A DNA stretch of 64,000 bases from Bdellovibrionales bacterium (GTDB taxonomy: Bacteria; Bdellovibrionota; Bdellovibrionia; Bdellovibrionales; JAUICD01), in NCBI GenBank assembly GCA_965262715.1, contig OZ253553.1:2688001-2752000 (forward strand). The letters run 5' to 3'. The translations under genes and the position numbers were made by a program. Of the stretch, positions 40,068-51,504 are shown piece by piece. The notes under the pieces were generated by a model that saw only the letters and a list, made by a program, of their open reading frames with translations, had not been told where the DNA came from and did no database searches. Positions within the stretch are counted from its first letter, which is position 1. Each line of letters begins with the position of its first letter.

Positions 40068-41024
40068 TTGCAAAAGCTTAAAGTTGCAATAACAACAGGG
40101 GATAGCGATGGTATTGGTAGTGAGATCACATCAAAAGCTCTTTGTAAACTAGGAGTCCAAGAAGAGATACAGTTTTTTATCTGGAGATCTCCTTCTTGTC
40201 CTTCGTCAGATATCGATCGTCTCATACAATCTCCATTGACCTATAAAAAGGTCTCAAGTTTACAAGAAGCTCTAAAAGTCCCATTTTCATACAATGTTGT
40301 TGATATTGAAAGCCAGCTCTCGCCAGTAAAATGGGTTGAAGAGTCTATTTTAGCTATACAAAACAAATATTTAGATTCTCTAGTAACAGCTCCTCTTTCT
40401 AAAGAGACAATTCATATCTCAAGCCCTTCTGATAAAGGTCATACGGATATCTTAAAAAGGGTTTGTCATACAAAGGATGTATTTATGTCCTTTGTAGGAG
40501 AAGGTTTTGCTGTTGTGCTTTTAACAGATCATATTCCGCTCTCTAAAGTTTCTGAAAGTCTATCAATTCAACGCATTAAAAAAGGGCTGTTTTTTGCTGA
40601 TCAGCTGCAAAAAGCGTTTTTTAAAAATACAAAACCTATTGGGCTTTTAGGGCTCAATCCGCATGCAGGAGAACAGGGTATTATAGGATCTGAAGAACAA
40701 AAGATTTTTGTGCCTGCACTGGATCAAGTGAAAAAAGAGCTCTTATTAGAGGTAGAAGGGCCATTGGTTCCAGATGTGGCTTTTCAAAATAAAAGCAGAC
40801 AAAACCATAATGTCTTTATGGCATGTTACCATGATCAAGGACTTATACCTTTTAAGGCACTTCATAAAAGTTACACAGGGGTACAAATCACAATGGGCTT
40901 GAACTTTGTAAGAACAAGTGTTGACCACGGAACAGCAAAGAATATCTTTGCTAAAAACAGAGCCAACCCAGAGTCTATAATCAATGCTATAAAATACAAC
41001 ATTCAACTTCTGAAAATGAAGTGA
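40068..41024 (+). CDS. pdxA: 4-hydroxythreonine-4-phosphate dehydrogenase
   Basis: GDSDGIGSE, TAPLSKE, GHT, GLNPHAGE, YHDQGL, RTSVDHGTA. Confidence 0.95.
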   Translation: MQKLKVAITTGDSDGIGSEITSKALCKLGVQEEIQFFIWRSPSCPSSDIDRLIQSPLTYKKVSSLQEALKVPFSYNVVDIESQLSPVKWVEESILAIQNKYLDSLVTAPLSKETIHISSPSDKGHTDILKRVCHTKDVFMSFVGEGFAVVLLTDHIPLSKVSESLSIQRIKKGLFFADQLQKAFFKNTKPIGLLGLNPHAGEQGIIGSEEQKIFVPALDQVKKELLLEVEGPLVPDVAFQNKSRQNHNVFMACYHDQGLIPFKALHKSYTGVQITMGLNFVRTSVDHGTAKNIFAKNRANPESIINAIKYNIQLLKMK

Positions 41025-41097
41025 AGTAAAACTACACTTTCATTTCAAGCTTCATTGAAATCACACATAGCCCCAGCTATGTTAAACCGTGTACAAA

Positions 41098-41328
41098 TTA
41101 GCTGACAATTCTGACTTTGATAGCACAAGGCCCTTTTCGACCTTGACCTACTTCAAATTCTACATTGTCACCATCTTTAGGCTCTGCTCCATTTGTCTCA
41201 GAGACATGGAAGAACAAATCCTGACCTGATTGCTGCTTAATAAAACCAAAACCTTTTGAAATGTTAAAAAATTTAACAGTTCCTTTTTGGCCCTTTTGGG
41301 CTTGAGTCTCATTATTATCCTTTTGCAT
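41098..41328 (-). CDS. Cold-shock protein
   Basis: GTVKFFN..KGFGFI, DLFFHVS, GRKGP. Confidence 0.92.
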   Translation of the reverse strand: MQKDNNETQAQKGQKGTVKFFNISKGFGFIKQQSGQDLFFHVSETNGAEPKDGDNVEFEVGQGRKGPCAIKVRIVS

Positions 41329-41614
41329 GATCTATATCAATCCTTTTTAAATAAAATTAAGTTAAAAATAAAAGTATACAAGTTCCTATACAGTTTATCT
41401 ATATAGAAGGCTGTAATGAAAAATGAGTTTAAATATGAAACAGATATATTGTCAATAAAAATCCTCCGATATATTTCAAAAAGTTATTTCAAGTATGTAA
41501 AGTTTCAACAGGTGTCTTATATACCTTCAGTATCAAAGAGATACTAAGCCTACCATATCCATTATTTACCACTTTCATCAAGCATTTTTCGAATTTTACC
41601 CCTTTTTAGTCTTT

Positions 41615-41631
41615 TTGGCACCATTTTAGCA
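41615..41631 (+). promoter_or_regulatory. Putative sigma54 (-24/-12) promoter
   Basis: TTGGCACCATTTTAGC (GG-N10-GC), about 28 bp before the ATG at 41659. Confidence 0.5.
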
Positions 41632-41658
41632 CTTTTCAAATATGGATGGGGGTGAATT

Positions 41659-44514
41659 ATGCATAAGAAATACATTTTGAGTGTGGGTATATTATTTTTA
41701 GTGCTGATGGGTAATGGCTGTGGGCAGGAAGAACTTGATCTTAAAAGCACTTTGGATACAAATAATACGGCATCTTCTAATGTAGAGCAAAAACCTCCAG
41801 CTCCTCATGTTCCTATTCCAAACCCTGGATCTAACTCAAACCCTAAGTCTAACACAAATTCAAATGATGGCCAAAATAACGATTCAGATACTGGCTCTAA
41901 CAACAATGGTCAAAATAACGATCCAGATCAGGGTGATACTTCTCCAGAAAATGACTCATCTGGAGACAATATTGCGCCAAAAGTGCAAATCAAAGGTTTA
42001 TTGAATGAACAGATAGTGTCTTTAACTGTCAAAGATGAAAATGGAAATATCGTAGATTCTGTTCAGACAAACTATAATAAAAAAATTGATCTAAGCCAAT
42101 TAGACCTTAACCTAGGTGATACTTATACAGTAACAGCAGAAACTCCTGGCTATAGTGTTTCAGAGCCACAAAGTTTTGTTGCCAGTGAAGAGAGTCAAGA
42201 TATAGAGATTACCTTTGAAAAAATAGAAGATGATTTATTTCATTATCATTGGGAAAATGACTTTGCTAATAAAGAATATGAATACTCTTCTGAAGCTCCA
42301 TCGCCACCACAAATTGAATTTTTAGATGAAATTGTATCAACTCCAGATAATGCATCAGCTCAAATCTTACTTGATGATTACAATATTATTTTGAGTAATG
42401 AAGAACTTACTTGGACACAAGATTATACGAATCGTTTATACAAAACAATTAGCCGCATTCCACATGATGAAATAAAAAAAGCTAAGTTTGTTTTAAAGAA
42501 TGATCATTTAAGTGATGATATTGATATAGAAGTTCAAGATGGTCAAAAAATAGTCTCTATCAGCAAACATGCATTTAATAATGCAGAACCTAGACTTGTT
42601 CGTTTTAATGGAGCTAGAGGGCGCTTCTTTTCTCATCGTTTGTTTCATGCCTTGGTTTATTTTTATACAAATGGTGGTCAAAATAGAAGAGCTGTTGCAA
42701 AAATCCTTGAAGATAAGTTTCATCTCTCATTAACACCTTCTAATATTCAAGCACTTACAGGTGAAGATCCAGATAATTTTCAAAAGTTTCATCATGCAGA
42801 ATTATTGGATATTATAACTGCGCTTGCTGAGATGCCGGCAGGCTATTATGAAGTCCCTGGATTACGTTATTTTTTGAGAAGAAAGGATGGACATCCACAT
42901 CCTTTATATCCAGAAGCTCCTGCTGTTGCATGGCCTCGTGGTGCTGATTCAGACAGTTATGTTGAGTTTATGGATTCTGCATTTAGACAGCTTGGTGGTG
43001 TTGGTTCAAGCATTGATCAAATAAGAGATTATATTCATCGTCTCATTTTACATGAAAAAACTCACTTCATTTATAGAAATGTACTTTCTGATAAATTAAG
43101 ACAAGAATGGATTACAGTTGCTGGTTGGTATGAAAATGCAAATGATCCTGATGGTTGGTCGAATAAATACACTACATCCTTTGTGAGTCCTTATGCTCAT
43201 AAGAAGAATCCTAATGAAGATATGGCAGAAACTGTATCCTACTATATTTTAAATCCCAATAAGTTAAAATCTGTAGCACCAGCAAAGTTTGAATTCATCA
43301 AGAGTCATATTATGAGTGGTTATGAATATGTCTTAGAAGTCAGAGAAGATCTGAAGTTTGAGGTTCTCAATCTTTTCCCAGATTATGATTACCCTGGAAA
43401 GATCAAAAGAGTAGATGTATATGCTCGTGGTGCAAAAGATGAAGATAAAAACATAGAAGTTGAGATTGAACTTTTGAATAAGGAAGGTTTTGAAGATGGA
43501 GCAGCAGGAGCTATGACACGTATCTTTAGTCCAAATGGTACTTTCATAGATATGAGGCTATACCCAGTCAATGGTAACGAGCATATATTAAAAGGAACTG
43601 CTAAATTATCTAAGTATGTTAAAGCAGGATACTGGAAAGTAGATCAAATTACAGTTACTGATGAGCATAACAATGACCGCATGGAAGGTGTGGATGATTT
43701 TGGATTTAAACTTTACATCAATAACCAAACAGAAGATACCACTCCACCAAAGTATGTTAAAGACTCATTAGAGATTGAAGTGACTCCTATCACTGTTAAT
43801 GGGCACCAGATTCATAGAGTCACTATTGAGTGGGATATAGAAGAAGATATGGAAATGCAAAAACATTCAGGAGTCTATGTAAATTTTGTTTCATTAGATT
43901 ATGATGAAGCTTATGCTCTACAAGAGTATGGTGATGTTAATCTTAGCACGAATAGAGCTAAAGTAGTTATTGATGTGACTGAATACTTTCCAGCAGGAAG
44001 GTACATTGTGGCCTACTTACGTATGCAAGATAAGGCTTTAAATTCAGGGAGTCAGTATTTCTCTGAAGATAATCCTAATCATGAAGAGCCAGTTATTGTA
44101 GATATAGAAACAACTAATCATGATAGCGTAAAGCCTACATTAGATGTCAATCGTATATCTATCACTGCAGCACCTGTAAATCCAGACAATCCAGATGGAC
44201 AGACAAATGTCACTATCACATATTATGCAAAAGATGATAAGTCAGGTGTCGGGCTTGTTAATTATGTCTTAATCAATCCAACAGGAAGAACTTTCTTTGA
44301 ATATCATTATCATAGTAATTTTTACACACAGTTCTTTAAGGGAGATCCTACAGCTTACAGGAAGTATGTGATTCACCATGTATTACCTAAAGGATCTGCT
44401 TCTGGTACATGGGGATTGAAAGAAATGAATATTAACGATAAGGGTGGTAACACAAAGAATTATGATTTTACTGAAGTCATGCACTTCTCATTAGAAAATG
44501 AAGAAAGTGAATAA
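41659..44514 (+). CDS. Large lipoprotein with putative zinc-metallopeptidase domain and repeated beta-sandwich domains
   Basis: Lipobox GNGC, Asn-rich linker, HEKTH plus NPNEDMAE, repeated DTTPP/DSVKP domains. Confidence 0.75.
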   Translation: MHKKYILSVGILFLVLMGNGCGQEELDLKSTLDTNNTASSNVEQKPPAPHVPIPNPGSNSNPKSNTNSNDGQNNDSDTGSNNNGQNNDPDQGDTSPENDSSGDNIAPKVQIKGLLNEQIVSLTVKDENGNIVDSVQTNYNKKIDLSQLDLNLGDTYTVTAETPGYSVSEPQSFVASEESQDIEITFEKIEDDLFHYHWENDFANKEYEYSSEAPSPPQIEFLDEIVSTPDNASAQILLDDYNIILSNEELTWTQDYTNRLYKTISRIPHDEIKKAKFVLKNDHLSDDIDIEVQDGQKIVSISKHAFNNAEPRLVRFNGARGRFFSHRLFHALVYFYTNGGQNRRAVAKILEDKFHLSLTPSNIQALTGEDPDNFQKFHHAELLDIITALAEMPAGYYEVPGLRYFLRRKDGHPHPLYPEAPAVAWPRGADSDSYVEFMDSAFRQLGGVGSSIDQIRDYIHRLILHEKTHFIYRNVLSDKLRQEWITVAGWYENANDPDGWSNKYTTSFVSPYAHKKNPNEDMAETVSYYILNPNKLKSVAPAKFEFIKSHIMSGYEYVLEVREDLKFEVLNLFPDYDYPGKIKRVDVYARGAKDEDKNIEVEIELLNKEGFEDGAAGAMTRIFSPNGTFIDMRLYPVNGNEHILKGTAKLSKYVKAGYWKVDQITVTDEHNNDRMEGVDDFGFKLYINNQTEDTTPPKYVKDSLEIEVTPITVNGHQIHRVTIEWDIEEDMEMQKHSGVYVNFVSLDYDEAYALQEYGDVNLSTNRAKVVIDVTEYFPAGRYIVAYLRMQDKALNSGSQYFSEDNPNHEEPVIVDIETTNHDSVKPTLDVNRISITAAPVNPDNPDGQTNVTITYYAKDDKSGVGLVNYVLINPTGRTFFEYHYHSNFYTQFFKGDPTAYRKYVIHHVLPKGSASGTWGLKEMNINDKGGNTKNYDFTEVMHFSLENEESE

Positions 44515-44520
44515 GTCTGT

Positions 44521-44850
44521 TTCCCTAAAAATAGACCAGCCTCTGTTTCACTAAAAATGCCTCTTGCCTCTGGCAACTTTCTGGCATTGCCCCCAAACGG
44601 CCCTGCGCCGTTTGGCAAATAAGGCAATGCCTAGAAAGCCTGAAGCATTTTTACTAGAAGGATATCCTCGTTTTTTAACACGATGTTAGGGAAACTGTTA
44701 TTATTTACCAGTCAGCATGAAGACTTACGTCTTCAAGAAAATGCTGATTGCCTCATTTATTTATATGGGCAATCTTCAAAGAAGCTTGCCATCTGTCTAT
44801 TTTTAGGAAGGAGACTCTTTTCGTTTCTTTACGAAATGTTAAGGAAATCG
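44521..44850 (-). repeat. Structured repeat family 1, nested composite (plus an isolated right-end fragment at ~44860-44893)
   Basis: Colinear with 37134-37462. Outer stem covaries to CCTAAAAATAGAC/GTCTATTTTTAGG. Confidence 0.85.
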
Positions 44851-45103
44851 TTGACTAAATCACTAAAAATGCATCTAGCTGTTTTCTGGCAATACGGCAA
44901 GCAGATATGACCATTCAAGTTCAACTTTTTAGCACAATAATCTGATCCAAGCAGTAATGGTATATTTATAATTTTATTCATCATCTTTTGTGGTTTTTGC
45001 AAAAATAACATCATAAAGTTCTATAAAACATAACAAATCTCTTAATGCTAATTTAAAAACTTTAAGTAAATACACCTTATAAAAAACAAATAAAATAAAT
45101 GTC

Positions 45104-45378
45104 TGAAATCCGGATTCGATGTCCAATTTGTCGGACAATATCTTGTATTTTAAATCTGAAACCTTGTTTATTCCTGTTTTTAGCTTGGCATATATCTTGC
45201 CTGTATTCCTATTAGGTTTTTTCACTTTAGGAGGGCATAAATTATGGATTCAAATGATCAATATAAGTTATTAGACATTGAAGAATTTTTAAAAAAGTCT
45301 CATTTTTTAAAATTAACAAATGATACAGCTCTTAAAGCCCATTTTAAAGGTAATGAAGAGGTTTTAAAGTCCCTTTGA
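45104..45378 (+). pseudogene. Leader plus 5' fragment (45244..45378) of a PD-(D/E)XK/Rpn gene, paralog of 59043..59432
   Basis: MDSNDQYKLLDIEEFLKKSHFLKLTND...; about 140 bp of leader is nearly identical to the reverse complement of 59433-59572. Confidence 0.8.
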
Positions 45379-45437
45379 ATATGCTAAAAGTTTAAATGCA
45401 AAACAAAAACTTGCTATATCGCCTGTATCTTAAAAAA

Positions 45438-45556
45438 TTATTTTCTAAGTTTTTGGAGTTGTTGGATTGAAAGATTTGTTATTTGAGCTATAAGTTGCAA
45501 TTCCATATTTTGCTCTAACATTCGCAAAGCCACGTTTTCCATTCCTTTCTCTATTC
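45438..45556 (-). pseudogene. Rpn C-terminal fragment, paralog of 6377..6520
   Basis: IEKGMENVALRMLEQNMELQLIAQITNLSIQQLQKLRK*. Confidence 0.75.
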
Positions 45557-45847
45557 TCTCTTTTCTTCCTTTTGCAAAAATTATGGTTTATAAATATCCT
45601 TTATGATTTTGTGCTCTCTTAAAGCCCTTAAAATAGAGCTTTTTGACTATGAAAGTTAAGTGAGTTTTTCAATATCACGAGTGGAAAGCTTGAGATCAAC
45701 ATAAAGTTTCCGTAATATTTTAGAGTTTTTTTCTGGAGTGTTAAGAAGATGTGTAATAAATAAAGAGACATAGTTAGAGTCATAGTTGGAGATATCCAAT
45801 ATTGCACTTACTCCACCAATTTCTCTAGAAATTGAAACTTCTGAGTT

Positions 45848-45953
45848 TTTTAATGATAAGAATGATAAGTAAGAGAGGGATTATGAGGCAATCAATCTGA
45901 AAGTTAAATTAACGTTATTAAACTTTCGGTAACAAATATTCTGAGGCAATTCG
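45848..45953 (-). mobile_element. Solo left end of the IS at 54406-55775
   Basis: Reverse complement reads CGAATTGCCTCAGAATATTTGTTACCGAAAGTT...GATTGCCTCATAATCCCTCTCTTA, matching 54406-54500. Confidence 0.75.
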
Positions 45954-46023
45954 TCTATTTGAATACTTACTGTTCTATGGTTCCATGTTTGACAATATAG
46001 ATTAAACCTTGTAATATAAAAAT

Positions 46024-46243
46024 ATGCCTTTAGCCGGAAAAGTCATTGTCGCCTTATTAAAGAAGTATGGTTGGAAGCATGTGAGAACTAGGGGAAGTCA
46101 CCATATTAATTATGGCAAAGGGAAAGAAAACAATTCCTGTGCCTGTACATGGGAACAAATCCTTAGGTAAGGGATTAGAAAGCAAGATTTTAAAAGAGGC
46201 AGGGATTAAAAAACAAAAAAAATCAAGGATTAAAAAGAAATGA
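46024..46243 (+). pseudogene. hicA: HicA toxin, 1-nt frameshift near 46108
   Basis: LKKYGW...RGSHHI, then in a shifted frame MAKGKKTIPVPVHGNKSLGKGLESKILKEAG. Its stop overlaps the hicB ATG. Confidence 0.8.
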
Positions 46244-46665
46244 AATATTTTGCTCGTATCACCCAACAAAAAGATAAATCATACCTTATTGAATTTCCTG
46301 AACTTGAAGGGTGTTTTACTGAGGGAAAAACTCTTGCTAAAGCAAAAAAGAATGCATCGGAAGCCCTTAATGGATGGTTGGCTTCTTGTTGCGATCGTAA
46401 TCTTAATATTCCTTATCCTAAGCAGAGAAGAGGCAAAAACTTTTATCCAATAATGGTTGATTTTCAAATATCATTAGCCATTGTTTTGAAAAGAAAAAGA
46501 AAACAAAAGAGACTATCTCAGGTTCAAATTGCAAAAAAACTTGGCATAACTCAACAAACTTATACTAAATTAGAAGCTTCTCTAAAAACAAACTTGTCAC
46601 TTACTACTTTGCAAGAATTATTAAAAGCTCTAAATATAGAATCACACTTTGACATAGCTGCTTAG
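46240..46665 (+). CDS. hicB: HicB antitoxin with C-terminal XRE HTH
   Basis: YLIEFPELEGCFTEGKT..A..NASEAL; LSQVQIAKKLGITQQTYTKLE. Confidence 0.88.
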   Translation: MKYFARITQQKDKSYLIEFPELEGCFTEGKTLAKAKKNASEALNGWLASCCDRNLNIPYPKQRRGKNFYPIMVDFQISLAIVLKRKRKQKRLSQVQIAKKLGITQQTYTKLEASLKTNLSLTTLQELLKALNIESHFDIAA

Positions 46666-47159
46666 TCTTAGTCTATGGTATATCTAAATAATAACCCTTA
46701 TGAAAAGACACACCATATCTAAATCATTAGAAAGGTAGTTTTGTGCTAGTGAGTTTTTTAGCAAGGCCTTCTGGTTTTGACTCTCTTCATGGTTATTTTC
46801 TCAACATCAAATAAAAACTCTTTGGCAAAATAACCCGACCCTAATAGTAATGATATATTTATAATCAATTTAATGAGTGTCTCCACTTTTCCTCCTTTTG
46901 CAAAAATTATGGTTTATAAATATCCTTTATGATTTTATGCTTTCTTAAAGCCCTTAAAATAGAGCTTTTTGGCTATGAAAATTAAGTGAGTTTTTCAATA
47001 TCACGAGTGGAAAGCTTGAGATCAACATACAATTTTAAGTAAAATTTCTAAATTTTTTCATGGAACATTAAGAAAACGTGTAATAAATAAAGATACATAA
47101 CTAGAACTATCGGAGGAAATACCTATAAATATGGCTACTGAAATATTATAGATTTTCGT

Positions 47160-50100
47160 TTTCGACAATTTGTAGCAGTAGTGCCGCCATTTGCACCTAC
47201 ACAGTGCCATGTATAATGTGTATTTGTATCGGCTATAGCTGCATCATTTGCTCTACCAGCAGAGCAACCGTTTTGTTGACTCTCATCACAAACACTGTTT
47301 ACTGGACAGGTTTTTGAATGTTCCAGGAAAAAATTTAGAAATTTTACTTACGTTTGAAACATATTACTGTTCCACCGCCATTTGAACCTTCACAAAGCCA
47401 TCCGTAATGTGTATCTGTATCTGCAAACGCGCCGTCGTTTGCAGTGCCGGAAGAGCAGGTATTTCTTTGGTTTTCTTGACTCTGGGAGCTGCCACCACTA
47501 CAAGCACCGTGTATTGGTGGTTTCTGTATCTGACAATTTGTAGCAGTAGCACCGCCTTTTGCGCCCATACAGAGCCATGTATAATGTGTATCTGTATCAT
47601 CTATTGCGCCGTCGTCTGGAGTCCCAGAGCTGCAGCCATTTCGTTGGCTGTTATCACAAACTCCTTCGATGATACTTTTTAATCTGGTACAATTTTGATT
47701 TCTACCTCCATGCAAACCTTCACAAACCCATTCATAATAGTAAATATTGTACCCATCTAGAAATGCATTTGCAGTTCCAGAAGAACAACCATTTCTTTGA
47801 TTCTGATCACAAACGCCATCGATAGGTATTAGCTTTTGACAATCTATAGCAGTAGTGCCGAAATTTGCACCTATGCAGTACCATCTATAATGTGTATTTG
47901 TATCTGCAATAACGCCGTCGTTTGCAGTGCCGGAAGAGCAGCTATTTTGTTTACTGTTATCACAAACGCCATGGATAGGCTAGTTTTTGACAATTTTGTG
48001 CTGTAGTGCCGCCATTTGAACCTTCACAGTGCCATGTATAATGTGTATTTGTATCGGCTATTACGGCGTCGTTTGCTCTGCCAGCAGAGCAGCCATTTCG
48101 CTGACTGTTATTACAAACACCGTTTACTGGTGCAGGTTTTGCCTTTTGACAATTTTGTGCTGTAGTGCCGCCGTTTGCACCTACGCAGTACCATCTATAA
48201 TGTGTATTTGTATCTGCAATAGCGTTGTCATTAGCAGTACCAGCAGAGCAGCCATTTTGTTGGTTGTTATCACAAGCACCGTTAATAGATTTTGCCTTTT
48301 GACAATTTTGTGCAGTAGTGCCGCCATTTGCACCTACGCAGTGCCATCTATAATGTGTATTTGTATCGGCTATTGCACCATCGTTTGCAGTGCCCGAAGA
48401 ACAGTCATTTCTTTGAGCATTATTACAAGCACCGTTAATAGATTTTGCCTTTTGACAATTTTGTGTTGTAGTGCCGCCGTTTGCACCTATGCAGTACCAT
48501 CTATAATGTGTATTTGTATCTGTTATAGCTGAGTCATTAGCAGTACCAGCAGAGCAGCCATTTTGTTGGTTGTTATCACAAGCACCGTTAATAGGTTTTG
48601 CCTTTTGACAATTTGTAGCAGTAGTGCCGCCGTTTGCACCTACGCAGTGCCATCTATAATGTGTATTTGTATCTGCAATAGCGTTGTCATTAGCAGTACC
48701 AGCAGAGCAGCCATTTTGTTGGTTGTTATCACAAGCACCGTTAATAGGTTTTGCTTTTTAACAATTTTGTGCAGTAGTGCCGCCGTTCGCACCTACGCAG
48801 TGCCATCTATAATGTGTATTTGTATCGGCTATAACTGAATCATTTGCTGTGCCAGCAGAACAACCATTTTGTTGACTGTTATTACAAACGCCGTTTACTG
48901 GTGCAGATTTTGCTTTTTGACAATTTGTAGCTGTAGTGCCGCCATTTTTACCTACACAGTGCCATGTATAATGAGTATTTGTATCTGCTATTACGTCGTC
49001 ATTTGCAGTTCCAGAAGAACAGCTATTTCTTTGACTGTTATTACAAACGCCGTTTACCGGTGCAGATTTTGCTTTTTGACAATTTGTAGCAGTAGTGCCG
49101 CCATTTTTACCCACACAGTGCCATGTATAATGAGTATTTGTATCTGCTATCGCTGAGTCATTTGCAGTTCCAGAAGAACAACCATTTTGTTGACTGTTAT
49201 TACAAACGCCGTTTACCGGTGCAGATTTTGCTTTTTGACAATTTGTAGCAGTAGTGCCGCCATTTGAACCTACACAATGCCATGTATAATGAGTGCTTGT
49301 ATCTGCTATAGCTGAATCATTTCCTATACCCGAAGAGCAGCTATTTCTTCGACTGTTGTTACAGACGCCATTGACAGGGATAGCTTTTGTACAACTTGCT
49401 GTTGCACCACCATTTGAGCCAACACAATGCCATGTATAATGAGTACTTGTATCAGCTATTGCGCCGTCGTCTGGAGTCCCAGCAGTACAACCATTTCTGA
49501 TGGTGTCATCGCCGCAAACACCATTTATTGGTGCTGCTGTATCAATGGCCATACTGCAGCAACCTGTAGCATCAGTGCCATCGTTGGTACCTAAACACTG
49601 CCACTGATAATGAGTTTCTGAATCATCTATGTCATTTAAAGTACCTTGACTGCAACCATTCTTAACGGAGTTATTACATTCTCCATTTACGATTGAAGAT
49701 GGATTGCGTGTAACACTCTGGCTTAATATAGAATTGTCACAAGTCTGATAACTTAATGGACCAGGTAAAGGTCCGGAAAAATAACAATAACTGCCTCCTG
49801 ATGGACAGTAATTATAATAAAACTGTTCAACTATACCATCTACTGAAGTTTGACTATCTATAGTGGTAGAAGAAGAGGTTGAAGCTTGTATTGCTATAGT
49901 ACTTTTTACACATGATTCACTTGAAGTGATATCTATTACACCATCACTGCAATTTAGTACATCCTCACTGCCACTATCAATTTGAAGTTCACATTGATTC
50001 GCATTTTGAATATTTGTATGTAATGTCCAAGTTCCACCTTCAGGTCTTAAATACTTATAAATGTTATTATTTTCTAACATCACAGCAATTTCTTCATCAT

Positions 50101-50911
50101 TATGTTTAATAATTATTGGATTAAAATGAGGTTTAGAATTAGAGCTCACTTGCAAAACTTGTTTTCGATAGGTGAGGCAATCAGAATTGTCAGGATCTTC
50201 TGCAGACACCTCAATAGTAACAGAACCAGTAGATTCATCGGTAAAGTCTAATTCAATACTTTCACTATCATCTTCGTTTGTCTCCTCAGTTGAAGAAGGT
50301 AATGTGACTTTCCATATAATGTTCGAAAAATCTGTAGCATTCTTTAATTCAAAAGTGGCAGTCTGTCCAACAGTCAAAGAACCGCTTTCAAGAAAGATCT
50401 CTAAGACATCTGTTAATGAGCATTCCTCACCAATCACGAGTTTTTTACTGGCCACAGTTAACAAATCGGAGTTTTTATAAGATGTAGCAAAAATATCATA
50501 ACTTCCAGGTTTTTTAAATTGATATTGATATTCTGGTTCAGTTGTTGTCTCTTCTCCATCAGTAACAATTTCAAAGGCTCTAGTGATTTTCCATTTAAAA
50601 TCTTCAGAATCAGAATGACTATTCATAACCTTTAGTTTCACATCAGTATCAATTAGGAAATGATCTTCTATCGAGATGCTTTCATCTTCTGATGGTAAAT
50701 AAGCAATAATATAACCTTTATCATTAGATACCGTTTGTTCAGAAAACAGGTTAGGAGCTTGACTTACATTTGAACCGCAGTTTTGAAAAGCTAATAACAA
50801 GAAAAGTGAAGCCAATAGAATTATATAAAAAGTATTATTAAAACTTAACAAAAAATGCTTTTTTATGTTTCGTTTTTTTATAACCCTAAAGAATTTCATT
50901 ATTCTTGTCAT
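47160..50911 (-). pseudogene. Large lipoprotein with Ig/PKD-like N-terminus and many ~51-53-aa Cys-rich repeats, disrupted
   Basis: FQNC lipobox. Repeats NG.C.N...NGCS.GT.ND..IADT.THY.WHC.G.NGG.TA.NC. CAA>TAA at 48758-48760, a frameshift near 47980, a tail 47344..47715 and an orphan repeat at ~47160-47305. Confidence 0.8.
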
Positions 50912-51065
50912 TGCTCTATACTTTCATCATCGTTGTATTACGAACCTTCTTTTATGTGCTATGTGGTGCTAGTTGTCTAAAAACTTGAAAGGTAAAATAA
51001 GTAAAAATATCAAAAATGTAAATCTTTAAAACCAAGCCAAAAGACTGGGTTTTTAGCCTACCTGG

Positions 51066-51243
51066 ACTGTAACTTACGTACAAAAGTTACAGTATTAAGT
51101 TATTGAAATAACTACCGATACAGGTATTGAAGAGCTTTAATTGCTAATAGTCTTTGGTGTGGAAAATGACCAAAAACATCAATGATTTTAAGGGGTCAGG
51201 ACTGTAACTTATGTACGTAAGTTACACTATCAAGTTATTGATT
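51066..51243. promoter_or_regulatory. Two palindromes ACTGTAACTT-N8-AAGTTACA(G/C)T, each followed by AAGTTATTGA
   Basis: 51066-51093 and 51201-51228. CAAGTTATTGATT at 51231-51243 fits the IHF consensus. Confidence 0.5.
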
Positions 51244-51504
51244 TCATTGAGCTATTCGGAATTTCTATCTTTTCTCGATATGGCATTAAGGTCATGTAAA
51301 GGTCTAGGACCGTTGCAAATTGATACAATATGTGCCTTTTTTGAAAATAACTCCTTATATTTTCTTTTTAGTGAAACAATGATTAATAATATGAAACAGA
51401 TATAAAAAACGTTCATCAAAAACATAAATTAATTCTCAAATGAGATTTTTCAATTTTTAAATGATACCCACAACTCTCTTACTTAATTTAATAAGAGTTA
51501 CGGG

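Larger units (their letters stand above)
45567..47029 (+). repeat. 137-bp direct repeats (45567-45703 and 46893-47029) bracketing hicAB
   Basis: Near-identical sequence TCCTTTTGCAAAAATTATGG...GAGATCAACATA, with weaker extension of about 75 bp. Confidence 0.8.

Noticed and set aside
47407..49156. Plus-strand Cys/Ile-rich ORFs
   Set aside because: Antisense shadows of the Cys-rich repeat gene.
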